A DNA stretch of 64,000 bases from Paraspadella gotoi (lineage: Eukaryota > Animalia > Chaetognatha), in the NCBI GenBank assembly GCA_051294375.1, contig CM119268.1, forward strand, positions 16,821,947 to 16,885,946, written 5' to 3'. Positions 12,537 to 25,800 of this stretch are shown in pieces (position 1 is the first letter of the stretch; the number at the start of each line of letters is the position of its first letter). The position numbers were made by a program, and so were the translations under genes. The notes below the pieces were generated by a model that had not been told where the DNA came from, did not search any database, and saw nothing but the letters and a program-made list of their open reading frames with translations.

Positions 12537-13954
12537 NNNNNNNNNNNNNNNNNNNNNNNNNNNNNNNNNNNNNNNNNNNNNNNNNNNNNNNNNNNNNNNN
12601 NNNNNNNNNNNNNNNNNNNNNNNNNNNNNNNNNNNNNNNNNNNNNNNNNNNNNNNNNNNNNNNNNNNNNNNNNNNNNNNNNNNNNNNNNNNNNNNNNNNN
12701 NNNNNNNNNNNNNNNNNNNNNNNNNNNNNNNNNNNNNNNNNNNNNNNNNNNNNNNNNNNNNNNNNNNNNNNNNNNNNNNNNNNNNNNNNNNNNNNNNNNN
12801 NNNNNNNNNNNNNNNNNNNNNNNNNNNNNNNNNNNNNNNNNNNNNNNNNNNNNNNNNNNNNNNNNNNNNNNNNNNNNNNNNNNNNNNNNNNNNNNNNNNN
12901 NNNNNNNNNNNNNNNNNNNNNNNNNNNNNNNNNNNNNNNNNNNNNNNNNNNNNNNNNNNNNNNNNNNNNNNNNNNNNNNNNNNNNNNNNNNNNNNNNNCA
13001 GCGAACAGGAGAAGAAAAAATATGGGGAGGAAAAAAAGGAGGATTTGAGAAAAGTAAGAAAAGCAAAACAGGAGAAAAGAGAGAAAAAAAGGAAAAAGGA
13101 AGAAAAGAATCTGAAAAAAANNNNNNNNNNNNNNNNNNNNNNNNNTTAATCAATAAAATGTAACAGTGAATCTAATAATTATTAAAAAAAAAAAAGGGTA
13201 AATTTACATTATGTTCTGAATACCATTAAAACAAGTTTTCACGACAAAGTCAAGAAACGGGGGAAATTAAGAAAGTCAGGGATATTAAAGTAAAAAGATT
13301 AGAGGGACAACTCCTTCGAAAACCGGCGTGTAATAGATAGGAGAAAAAACGGATAGGGTTCGGAGAGAAAAAAAGGGAGAAAAAAAGAAAATAAAAAAAA
13401 AAAAGACGGAGGAAAAAACTCGCTTGGCCCTATGAAAGAGCTAACGAAACACCCTCGACTCCGGGAATTAAACTCTTGAAAAGGACCGGCCGAACCAACA
13501 GCGAACGAGCAGAAGAAAAAAGTATGGGAGGCAAACAAATATATATGTTTGCGATGAAAAATTAGAGGAAAGCAAAAACAGCTGAGAAAAGAGTGAGAAA
13601 AAAAAGAGAAATAAGGAAGAAAAGAATCTGAAAAAAAAAAGCGGGTGTTGAATCCAAAAAGTTACGTGGATAGGCTAGTTTTACAGCATGAGACGCAATG
13701 TGTTGATTGGGATTTTGAGTTTGGAATCCATTAAAATCTATTAATGGAGCGACACGGAAAACGACAAAAAAAAAAAAACCAACATTATTTTCAGTTTGAA
13801 AAGAAAAATCTTAATCGAGAGAAAATGGTAGGCCGGCTGAAATGATAGAACGACGACGACGATGACAAAGACGACGACAGCACAAAAACTCGGATTGAAT
13901 CCTGCGCCTGATGGTTCAGATCCGGTGATTAAAGCTAATCTTACATTAAATAAG

Positions 13955-14044
13955 GTTGGGTGGCTGAGCGGTCTATGGTGCCTGGTTCATATTTAAAGCC
14001 GCAGTCGAATCTTGGTGTCCAAGTTTAAATTACTTCTTCAGACA
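13955..14044 (+). pseudogene. Decayed tRNA-Leu-like sequence (tRNA pseudogene or SINE head)
   Basis: GTTGGGTGGCTGAGCGGTCTATGGTGC...GCCGCAGTC...GTTTAAATT..CTTCAGACA aligns by eye with eukaryotic tRNA-Leu (GTCAGGATGGCCGAGCGGTCTAAGGCGC...GTCGCAGTC...GTTCGAATCC..TCCTGACA). The A-box is intact, while the B-box and stems are degraded. Confidence 0.55.
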
Positions 14045-14728
14045 AAGCCCCTTTCTTATTGATATATTGATGAAGGAAGTCTTGAACATGAGGCATTTAA
14101 ATGGAAACAAGTTTTACCCATGCCACTTAACAAAGTTTCGTTTTTCTAAGTCGTCAATTGATATAATTGATAAAAAATTCCAAATTCCCGGTGGCCGCTA
14201 TGGTTAACATTTTTGTAATTACTGTACAATTTACCAATTTTCTCGAAAGTTTTTTATTTTCATGATTTCAGAAAACCATATTTTTTTTTCTCTCCTCCCC
14301 TTTTTTAAAATTTTCTTTTTTCCTTTCGTCTTTCTTTTCTTTTCCTTCCGTCTCCTTTCCTTTCCTCCGGTCATTGTCTGTCGGCGAAATGTGGAACAAA
14401 CAAAAAAGAAGCTTTACGTTCCATCTAGTCTCGGCTAGGAATATAATAGCTAAATAAACTACTAGTATCGTAAAATAATACGTTCAATCGTTGAAATTAT
14501 TGATTGATGATGCTGAGGTTTGAATCACGAGAAAACTTTTGCTTCCATTATTGAAATGATATTGAATAAGATTGTTTTTAAACTGATGAGACTGTCAGAC
14601 AGACCGATTCATTAGTGCTCAATTCAGTTTTTTCAGCAACCGTGACTAAAAACCCGCGGATTATCTCGCCGCGTTTAATTTAATCGGACAATGGGAGCTC
14701 GAGCCTAATTGATTTTGAACCAATTGTA

Positions 14729-14832
14729 GGAGTGGGGAGTGGAGAGTGGAGAGTGGAGAGTGGTGAGTGGTGAGTGGTGAGTGGTGAGTGGTGAGTGGTG
14801 AGTGGGGAGTGGGGAGTGGGGAGTGGAGAGTG
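14729..14832. repeat. G-rich 7-bp tandem repeat (GAGTGGT/GAGTGGA/GAGTGGG)n
   Basis: Directly visible; gives the spurious (SPLTTHH)n ORF. Confidence 0.88.
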
Positions 14833-15197
14833 AGAAAGCGAAACATGTTGAAAAAGATGGAAAAAAACTTTTTATTTCATCCTCCGCCAGAAAATCTGAT
14901 ATCTTGAATCTTTTTAGTTAATTAATATGAAATGATATGGATTTTTTTTACAAAAATCAAGAATAAGAACTAAAGTAAGAATTTTCATATGTTAATCTTA
15001 TTTTGTTTTTGTCTCATTGCTAGGCGCCGTCTAACAACAGTTTAATAAACCGTTTATGAATTTTTAAATTTCATACAAAAGCGATAAGTAAAAATCAAAA
15101 GCAGCGCAACTCCGTGCTCGACTTTCGACTTTCTTTCTCTTCTTAATCTTTCTTTTTTTTCCCTCAACAATCAACGCCCTCGTCACTCCGGTTCCAG

Positions 15198-15393
15198 GAG
15201 TGGCGAGTCTCGACGGCCAACGCGGAAAAGTCCAGACCGCGTTGGTTCGGAATCATGAAGAAAGAGAAGAAGAAGGAAGAGAAGAAAGAGAAGAAGNNNN
15301 NNNNNNNNNNNNNNNNNNNNNCAGAAGAAAGAAAGAGGAGAAAAGTCCCGGTAATCGGACCATCCGTAAAGGGAAACGTCATTTCGAAATCAG
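15198..15393 (+). CDS. CASK: CASK-like SH3 end / HOOK exon (EWRVSTANAEKSRPRWFGIMKKEKKKEEKKEKK...KVPVIGPSVKGNVISKS), interrupted by a 25-N gap
   Basis: TTCCAG acceptor, GTAAGG donor at 15394. EWRV continues the CASK PSPELQEWRV motif, and WFG followed by a Lys-rich run matches the HOOK motif (CASK WFGKKKK). True length is uncertain because of the gap. Confidence 0.82.
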
Positions 15394-16035
15394 GTAAGGG
15401 AAAGGGAATAAGAAGGAGTGGGTGGAAACGGGAGTTGGGCCACGCGGACTTTATTCAATATAAAAGCTGTATTTTTGTGATGTTATTTTTGTTTAAAATA
15501 GAAATAATAAATGGTTAGGAAATATTTTAGACACAAGAGAGATAATAAGAGAAAACTCTTCTTATTCAATCAAAAAAAAAAAAAATGAAAGAATTTGTCG
15601 AACTGTTTTTCAGAATAATTGACGGGTTTGGCAAAAACAAACGACATGATAAACAAACACCATAACGAACAAACAAAGCTTAAAGAACAAACAACACGCA
15701 AAGGGACAAACAGAAACGAATTCAACGATGAGATGAAGAAAAAAAATCCTCTACATTTTCAACCCGGGTGAAGTCAAGGGGCGGAACTAACGCGCAGGAG
15801 AGAGAGAGAGAGAGAAGGAGAGAGGAGGAGACGAGAGAGAGAGAGAGAGAAGCAATAATTTAGCGATAATTTATGGCATTTGATCGGGAATACATCGTAG
15901 GGATTTGGCCAAGAGGCGACGCAATTTTCTTCACCGCGCCATTAATCGCTTCAAGTTCGAACCAACTTAATTTCCTCTTTTGAGAAGCCGAAGAAGAACA
16001 ATTTTCACTTTTTATCGGACTCTGTTTATCAGCAG

Positions 16036-16098
16036 ATTCGACTCTCTAATCCACTGTGTCGGTCCGTCGGTTCAGTCCACCCACAGTCATCTTGTCTG
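16036..16098 (+). CDS. CASK: Probable small HOOK exon (consensus of three copies approx. DSDSLIHCVGPSVHPTVFLS)
   Basis: CAGCAG acceptor and GTAAGT donor, largely preserved in the copies starting at 37520 and at 42395-42458. The consensus bridges phase 1 (15393) to phase 0 (GuK exon), and HPTVF aligns with CASK HNAVF. Individual copies carry indels. Confidence 0.6.
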
Positions 16099-19000
16099 GT
16101 AAGTCACTTAAATAAATGTCAGACATCGAAATCTGAATAAATTATGCAAAAAATGCCATAAAATATTGTATTGAATTTTATAAAATTGTTATCTTTGAAT
16201 GGGTTATATAAAACATCATAGTTTTATTCACATATGAAAAAAAATCAATGCAAAAAAATATAATTTGTAGTAGGATATGACTAAATATAGGATAAATAAC
16301 AGAAATTAATGTATAAATAATTTATTTTTTTCCTGTTATAATAGTCTAACTCTTAAACAAAATTTATCCATTTAATCTATTACCCCTTCATATCGTGGTA
16401 ACATTATTGGTTCACACTTTAGCATATTGTAGATTATAGAAACATTATCGTAAAAATGGAATATCCTTCCCCCTTTCCATAACAATTTATTTGTTCTCCA
16501 TCCTATGTCTGTAGTACTTTGAGCCTGTCATTAACACCCTTGAAGTGAATTGATATTTGATAGATTTGAACATTTTTTTGGCTGTGGCCAGAAAAAAAGG
16601 TTGATGTGAGCCTATCTTTAAGTTTGGATAAATCATCCGACGAGGGAGAGTGAAAGAGAATCGACTATAAATTTTAATAAAAAAGGTTTTTAAGCCATTT
16701 TTTTTTCTCATTTTAAAAAAAGTAAAAAATATGTCTACAACAACACAATAATTTATATAACCTAACACCACAAACAGACTACAATGTCTCTTTCTCTCTA
16801 TTCACTCTTTATCCTTGTTCTATTTTTCTCTCTTGCCAATATATTTCTATTTTTTTTGATCTAATCAATGCTTTACTTACCTTTTCTCCAAGCTTCTTAC
16901 TTTTTCTACTTTTACTATTTCAATTCATTTCCTTTATCTTATATACTTTCCATTTGAGTTTTGTTTTATTCATAAAAGTACATAAACATTAATAAAAATA
17001 AAAATATAGAAAATCTTTTTTAAAATTAAGGAAAAAATGAACTGACCTATGCTCATTGAAAAATTTATTTTTAACTTTAAAATATAAGATATGCCAAAAA
17101 AATAAAAAAAATAGGTTGTAGCTAATCACATTAGCTACAAGCTGATTGTTTTTAAAGAATATAAAAATCTTGTAGCCCTAATTCCAGATCTAAAATTCTT
17201 ATTTTTTGTTTCAAAATATTTTTTCCTACATTTTTATTAAATAAAAATGTTGTTATGATACAGAATTATAGTCCGAATGGTGTTTCCAAAGATATACATA
17301 CATAATTATAATAATATGATTTTCAACTCAAAATGTCTTGCTTGATTCTTTGCCACAATACATGAAGAACATATTAAAAAGGAAAGTCAAATATAAAAAA
17401 AAAATAAGAAAAAAAATGTCATTTTAGTTTTCGAATTGATTGATCAAAAATTTATAGTTTTTTTTTAATTCAAAATTATCAAATATATGGTATCAGAGAG
17501 TAAGTTTTGTCTCCTAGCTATCATTTAGTATATAGTAAAGTAGAAGGGATGGCTCTGATAGAACCAAACGCACTGCTGTATATAATATAAAGTTCAAGTT
17601 TGCCTCACAGATAAGAAATGATGACTAAAAATTTGCCGTGTGGGTAAGTTTCGACACGTTAACATTCATCGTGTTCTTAAATGAAAAAACACAAAGTCAC
17701 ATTACTTGAAGTTTTATATTTTTATAAATATTTATTATTATTTAGCTTAAATAGATTAAATTGAAATTGAAATTTTGGGTTGGGTAGGAAAGTGTGTGAT
17801 TAAGATGTGAGATATGTAAATTTTTGAGTGTGAATCTTAGGAGTGGAAAAGAGTTTAAATTAAAAACAAAAGCACACATTTTATTTGAATTTCTCTCATA
17901 ACTCTGAATTGATTGATGGACTAGATAGATGGATTTTGATCTGCATCAGCGTCGTAGTAGCGAGATCCGACAATTGTTAGTTCAAATTGTTTTATAATTG
18001 CTCAATTCCTTTTATTTTTGTTGTATTTTTGAGCTGAACCAGTATTATGCTGTATTTATTGTCTGAGCGACATCTGAAGAAGTTAAAAGAGCATATTGAG
18101 GCATTTATATTTTTAAAAAAAATGTCTGTGAAACAGTGGTAAAATGAAACAATCCGCAGGCGCTAAACGCGGATCTCTGGAGGGCTTTCCTTACGTGACC
18201 CCATAGGGGTGACAGCCGAGTTGGTCTTCATTACCCGAGCTATTCATACCCTTCAAGGATAGCTAGGTAAGGAACTAAGGAGCAACATCGCAGAGACACA
18301 AGGTTCCGGTTACAGATGGTTTAGTTTCTCTTTTTAACTAGAGAGCTATCTTCTGCCCCACCCAAAATTGGTTGGACTTGCGTATTACTTATCAACCTTT
18401 GATCCAATTAGTTTGACATCGGAAAGGACCGAGTTTTTGAGAGAATTGTTTGCTTATTGATAAGTCAGTTATCCGGCATTTCGTGCAATCAGTTTACCAT
18501 GTTTCAACGAGAGATTGCACTTTTATCAAAAAAATTATCGATTAGTTGGCAAATACGACAAGATGTAAATTGAGAATAGAGAAATTAAATGGTTCATTTG
18601 TAATTGTTACATATTTTCCTTTATGTATTTTTTTAGTCGAATTCTGCTTATCAGCAGATTTCCTACTCTATAATTAGGGTTGGCCTATCACATTAAGTTA
18701 GGGTCAAAAATTCAATTGAGCACAGTTGCTCAAATGAAAATTTTTACATATTTTTTATTGCGGACTTTTCGTAAAATTTCTTTTTTTTCGTATGTTAGTG
18801 TAGGTATAAATGAGATTTAAAACGAAATCTTTTTACATCAAAGATTTATTTTTTTGTGACAGTTGTTCGTTGCTCTGTCTGTTCCGTCCGTCGTCCGATC
18901 TGTTCCGTCAACCTTAAAGCATTAAACATCAGATTGCTGCGTGATTGGATGGATTGGATTAAATTGTGTGGACTTGAATATTAAAGTTTCGATTGATGGA

Positions 19001-20486
19001 AATGAGTTTAATGGATAACAAAAGTCACATGTTACTTAAAAGTTTTTTACTGTATATATTATATCATCAATATAATATTTTTTTAAAAATTGAATCGGAT
19101 AAATAATGAACAATTTTGTGGAAATGACAGCATGGGAGGAAAGTATGATTCAAGCTGGATATAAATTTTTGATCGGAATCTGCAGTGGCAAGAAGTTGTT
19201 TAATTACAAAACTCAAAACTGCACATTGATTTTGAAACTTTTTAAGTTTTTCTCTCTTATGGCTTTTGATTGAGTCTGATCGATGATAATAGATTGTTGA
19301 TTTTTATTATTATGTATCTGTTGATTCCGAGGCATTGGTGAATGATCTGAACTTGATAATTAATTGTATTTTATTTCAAAAATTGCTACAATAGAAATAT
19401 TAACAAAAATCTTGGATAAATGAACCCCTCTTTAGATTTATAAAGATTTTTTTAATTGACTAACCCGGTTTGAAACTCTTTATGAATTTGATAATAGCTC
19501 TTCTTACTTTCTATATTTGCCAAATGGTAATTCTATTGTTATTATTAAATACAAATAATGTAAAAATTTTTAACCTTCAGACAAGCTACAGATCCGTATT
19601 AAGCAATACCTTAAGCTACTGTGAAGTGAGAAATCTTTAGATAATTGTGTAAAATTTCAGTGAATCATATCTGAATATGTCAAAAATGTGTTAATTTTCA
19701 GAAGGAGAAAATGCGAGCCTGAGTAAATGGATCGAGTGTTTTTTTATGTTACTGTTTTCAGGGCTTAAATTTGTATCAGAGGAGTATACTGAATCGTCCA
19801 TTGAAAAGTCTTCGGGTCGTATTTTAACGACGCAACGTAAGACGCCTAACAGTCTTAAAATCGAAGGTATGATAATCGAGGTCTGGGGAATATAGAAGAC
19901 ACTCTTCAAATAGGTAAATTTGTCATTCGCAAGAGAACTGGTCAATCAATCAGTTTGGTAATTCTTAAGAAAAGTTGTCATTGTTTACAGCTATGTAAAC
20001 ATAGCAAATCGTTGTGTGACTAAAATCTAATAAATTGTTTTAAGATTACCAATTCAGATTAATTAGATTATGACCTTTAAACACAAAAAATAGCTTGCTT
20101 CAAAACTCTGATCGAGATTGATCACATTCACAACCTACTGAAAAATACTGTCGCTGTAGTTTTTTTAAGAAATTGCGAAAATAAGATGTTTCTGAGTCCT
20201 CGTTAAGGCCGCTCAAGTTCTCCAATTCTAAGGCTTCGAGAGGAAGAAACAAACGAAGACAAAAAAATAACACAAACAACGAAACAAAGTTTTAAGAAGA
20301 TAACAAGTATTATTCTTATCTAACTTCCTTACGAAACTCATCATTCTCCTTGTAGTTGTGTATCGGCTTCACATTTTCAGCGATTTGCATATATACGTTT
20401 CACCTTTTGATAAATTAATGTACAAAAAAAAAAAAAAAAAAAAAGAACCCCAGGAAAAAAAGTCCCCCCGATCTTCCCTTTTTCAG

Positions 20487-20570
20487 GTCGAAGGTTAGCG
20501 AAAGAAGTCGTGAGCTTCCCTACTTTCAAAGAAGAAACCATTGGTGTTCTTCGGGAGCTCATAGGCGTCC
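20487..20570 (+). CDS. CASK: CASK-like GuK exon 1, indel-rich copy
   Basis: Same sequence as the clean copy at 54841-54919, with several single-base insertions typical of raw long reads. Confidence 0.75.
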
Positions 20571-22650
20571 GTGTCGATGTTCAATCAGCGCTTCGTAATC
20601 GCCTCTCAGGTTGTCTAGTCGTCGTTGTTGTTGTTATTGTATTGAATTGGCGCTTCGCAGATGTGCGTTCCCCGCTACTTTAAAAATTTTGTTCTTTTTT
20701 AATATAAATGACTTTTGAATTATTAAATTAAAAATTCAAAAGGTTGAATCAACTGCGGCGCTAATCTCCTCTTTTTCTAATGTTCTCGTCGTCGTCGTCG
20801 TGCGTCTTCTGTTTATCGTTGCCATGTTATCCCTTCCTTGAATTATTTTCTTCATTATCGTTCGGAAGGAAGATGAGAAATAAAACCAAGAAAAGTAAAT
20901 TCTAATTTAGATGCGGCAAAAATGAAAAAGCAGCTCCTTCCCAAAAATTGCAACTTTCTCAATGTCACAATAACAAATCCGTTTGCGGGAAATTAATTGT
21001 TGTTAACATAATAAAATACGTAATAGAAAAGGCTTTTCGTTTCGTGCGTTTTTAAAATTGAGAGAAGAAAACAAAGTTTATTTTTGTTTAACATAACAAC
21101 GAGTTTCGTCCTCCTTTTTTTTTATGTCTTTTTAGTGCGGCAATGTGAATTTATATAAAATAAAAGTTTTAAAAAGTGAAAATAGAAGTGAAATAGATAA
21201 TTAGTAATAATATAATCTTTGACATAATTTTTATAATTCACTTGCGCTAAAGGAAGACTCAAAAAATAGTGAGTCGAAAACATGTCACTATTTAAAAAAA
21301 TAAATACCGTGTTGTTTGTAAGACAAAAATAAACTTTAATTTCTCTCTCAAATAAAAATTAAAATTCATTCATTTTTTAAATTTAGCCTAATTGTAATAA
21401 TAATTGTCAAATATGAATATTTTGGAAGTTAGAAAATTGACGTGCGGAAATTTAAACTTTCGCAAAAACCTTCACCAGTCTCCTACCTCTTTCATCTCCG
21501 TAGCATCTTTTAAGACATTTTTAATAATCCGATTTTCTTTTTTCTAAAGGAACGCGCCATCCTTATTTGGAGATACATAATTTCCCAAACTCTATTCTCC
21601 TTCACCGCAATTTTTTTTCTTTTCTTTTCGCATTACAACTTTCCAATTTTCCTTTCTTATTCCGGATTTTATTGGCAAAAAAAAAAAAAAAATAAAAACA
21701 AAAAAAAATACCAAAAAAAAAACAATTGTCAGACTGAAAAACGTGGATAAAAAAAATCCGTAAACATTTTTCCTCCATTTCGATTGCTCGATTTTCTTCT
21801 CCACTTGTTTTTCCTTCTTTTTCAGCTGCCGGTGCCATGACCTTTCCTCTCCTTCCTATACTTGTCTTTCTTTCTTTTCTTTCTTTTTTTTACTTGTTCT
21901 TTTCTTTCTTCTTTTATTTTTTCTTTCTTTTTTTTCTTTTTCTTTTTGCTTCTTTTCTTTCTTGTCTTTCTTTTCTTTCTTTTTCTTCTTTCTTCTTTCT
22001 CTCTTTTCTCTCCTATCATATCCGCTTGTCGAATTCCACGTCCCTGTTTCGGAGCCTTTACATCTCAGTCTCTCGCGTTTTTTTCCCTCTTGACAAAACA
22101 ACAAACAACAACAACAACAACGCCCTTGTTCACATATCCTCGTCTATCTTTCACTCTGATGTTTCGTTTGTTTGATTTTTTAGTATACGCAGTAGACTCA
22201 AGATAAATTTTGTTTTTTTCTTTTTTTTTCTTATTTTGGTTTATTTTTTTCTTGATGACCTTTTCTTCTGTCGGTCAGGTTCTGGTCATCAATCGGTGCA
22301 CGTTAACTTTTTCCAAATGTCCCGTAACGGTCAACTAATACTTAGAAGTTAGGTCAAAAAAGATTGGTCCTTCAGAACCATTTTTGACTACAGTGAGTCG
22401 TATGTTGTAACGTCGATCAACTGAACATGGCCCGTTTGATTTTGTCTTTCATTTTCCCTTTTATGTATTCCTTTCTTCTTTCTTTTCTTCTATCTTTCTT
22501 TCTTTCTTTCTATTCTTTCTTTCTTTCTTTCCTTACTCTTTCTTTCTTTCTTTCCTTTCTTTCTTTCTTTCCCTTTTTTTTCTTTCTTTTTTTTTTCCAT
22601 TCCCAACTAACCCCCCCTTTCTCATCTCTTCCCACCCCCCCTCCCCAAAG

Positions 22651-22886
22651 GCCGTCGTCAACATCAAAGAACTTCCCCTGATTCTACCAACCACCCGACC
22701 CAATTCGCCTACCCCATCCCCCACACGACCGCGCAGGCCCTCGGGGCACGAGGCCGAAGGGGAAAGAACTACTTACATTCGTTAGATCAAGAGGAAATGT
22801 TGAGGGACATCGCCAACAAACGAGTATCTGGAATTACGGGGAGTCACGAGGGGGCCATGTACGGGACAAAGCCTGGAACTATCAGG
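22651..22886 (+). CDS. CASK: CASK-like GuK exon 2 (after removing indels approx. [70 protein letters not shown])
   Basis: Pyrimidine tract and AG before 22651, GTAGGG donor. Fragments MLRDIAN and [11 protein letters not shown] are directly translatable and match the CASK GuK. Frameshifts are interpreted as read errors. Confidence 0.85.
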
Positions 22887-25800
22887 GTAGGGATCGAGGC
22901 ACAGTGGTGGCGGTGGGAAGGAAGGACAAGGAAGGAAGCAGAGGAAGGAAGGAAAGGCAAGAAAGGATGGATTGGAAAGAAGGAGAGAAGGATGGAACGA
23001 AGGAAGGAAGGGAAAAGGAAGGTTATGAACACTAGATGGGAAAAGTAGAAGATAATGTGAAGAGAAAATAAAGAGAGAGAAAAGATAAGAAATATGAGAG
23101 AGAGAGAGAGAGAGATAAATCGTGCGTGACTGAGATTCGACTGCGTAAACAACCCAGATGAGCCAAAATTATTTCGCCCTTTACTATTTTGCGGCCGAAA
23201 AAAGAAACAATTAGCCATATTAAATTTAACGTCCATAAATTTTGTATTGAAATTAATTTGTTTCAAATTAAACCGCCCGGTCGATCCAGCCGACCAAGTT
23301 TGTTTCTTCAAAAGAACCTCACTCGCAGCGGCATATGTTTATTTCTCAATTAAGAGAGATTAAATTCTCAAAAAATTTTGCAAGAGATTATTAAGAGTTC
23401 ACCAATGACACACAATTGAAATACCTGGAACAGTGAACAACATCGCGTTGAAAACAAGGATGAGAGGATTGGAAAAAAAGCCCGAAATAGGAAGGAAGAT
23501 ATACAATGTATATATGCATGTATATATTGTGTAGGCCATTCGGGAACACATCTTGACGAGGAAAGAGTAGAAGCGGAAGCCATAATAATGAATACGTTCT
23601 TTCACTTGATGAAAAAATTTTAATTCATCGAAGTAAATAGTAATTTAATAAGGTAAAAACCGTTTGAAGGAAGAATTATCAGATGGAAGTGGGTTTTCAT
23701 TTGATATTCTCCTCACCAGATTGAATCTTCAAACGAGAGTCTGATGGTTTTTCCAATGAAATAATACAAAACGTCGCGGTTTTCTTTCTTTATAAATTTA
23801 ATATTAAACGCCGGTTAATCTCGAGTATCTTTTGTTTAAAAAAGACTTTGGAAAATGCCGGTGTGTGAAGCTGGTAAAGTTGCGATGATAGAAGTCGGGG
23901 CTTGGCAGTTTGCAGTCAATGGAAAAAAAGAAAAGAAGGAAAGGTTGAAACCCTTAATCGTAAAAAGCGCGTGAGGAAAAAAAAAAAATGTAATAAATAA
24001 TTGAAGTCTTTTTATACTGGCTTTGATAATTTATAAATATCAGTCTTGAGCGTTATCGAAATATGGCTGAGGACGTATATTATCAAAAATATACAAATTA
24101 ATTTTTGGCCCGGAGAAAACGGAGTCATTCTAAATTTATGCGGAACTCGTTGCAAGGTCATTTTTTTGGCTTCTCGTCCTAAACGTTTTAATCGTTGGTC
24201 GTCGTCGTCGTTCGTACTTCCGTCATCGTCGTTCATCGCCGTCGTCATCGTGCTGTCCATCGCCTCATAGCCGAGAAATCTCGCGGTCACAGGTGGGATG
24301 TGATGAATCGAAAGGCGACGATTTGGATGATACGATTATTTGATGATGATGACGATGATGCGTCGCCCGCCGGATTTAGGCTCAATCCTCATATGTTATA
24401 GAATTCTAAAGAATATTTGATGATATTAATAAAAGATTTATAGAGAAGTTTCTCGAAGTTTCTCCCAATTTGTAATATTTGTGTAACCAAGTTCACCATC
24501 CGACGAAGACGACGACTACAAGGACGAGAACAACAGATTGAAGAATAAAACGAACGACACGTGACTCCGACGTAAAACAACTTTAAAAACAACCCGCCAA
24601 TCGACGAGACGTACGGACCACGAGCGGACCTTGTCACCGCTAATCGGTCGAGGCTCGACACCGTGACCCTCGGGACGTCGGCCTCGATTTATCTTACTCG
24701 AATTGTTCCGCTTCGCACGCCCCCTACTTTTCTCTCCATCTTCTTTCCGCCTCGCACCGCCTCTCCGCCGTCCGACGCCCTCCACCGCCCTCCATCACCG
24801 ACGAGCCCCTTCACAGTCCGTACGCGTGTCTACCTTTAACTCAGATCTTAATTCTACCGTTCGGCCGTCTGTGGCCAATTCCCCCCCCACCCCCAACTCC
24901 ACCCCTGCTCTAATTTCTATAAGAAAAAAACAATGTTTCATCAATTCTCTGCATTGTTACGCGTTCTCTTTTTCCTCCGCCGTGATTGCCCACGCCAGCA
25001 ACTTTGTCACTAGATCTTCCCTCTTCTTTCCTATTCTTTCCTTCTTTATCCCCTTTTCCCTCCCCACATTGTTTTCCACTTTCTCTTCATCAATAACTCT
25101 CCTAACCTCCCCTCCCTCTTATTTCCGTCCTCCGCCAACTCTTTGCCATCGTCTCTTCTCCGTCTCCCACCCCCAACTTTATTCCAATCCTTTCGCCTGG
25201 TAAACCGATATTTCTTCTGACTCCTGCCTCGCATCTAACAAACGCCCGGTTCGGTGGAGTTGAGACGGACGGAGGCCGAGAGAACAAATAGAGGAAAAGG
25301 TGGAGAAAAGTGCGGAGGAAAACCACGGGGGGCAAAAAAAAAAGAGTGGAAGTAAAAATTATGAGAAACGGAGTACGGGGATATGTAAATATAAATAAAG
25401 TACCCACAATTAAAATGAAGAAACGGTAGTATACGAAAAAATATAATTGTAACAAAAAACTTGAGGCACAGGATGACAGCGTTGTGAGAGCGAACAAATA
25501 AGAGGCGAAGGAAGAAATTGGAAATGAGAATAGAGATAACAAGTTTTTATAATAAGGTTCCTGGTTCTCAAAACACGAAACACAAAAAACTGACCCGTGT
25601 GACTCCTCGAAAGCCGCAGTGAAACAATGGTTATCGCCGCCTGCCGCGATGTCTCTTTTCGAAGATCCTATACGAACACTTTCGTTAACTGGGATAATTC
25701 TCGGTATGAATTAAATCAAAACTAAAGACGGTCTTTCCAAAATCTCGAGTTCTATTCTTTCATCTTTCGTCGTAAATGAGTAAGCATTTGAAAAAAAAAA

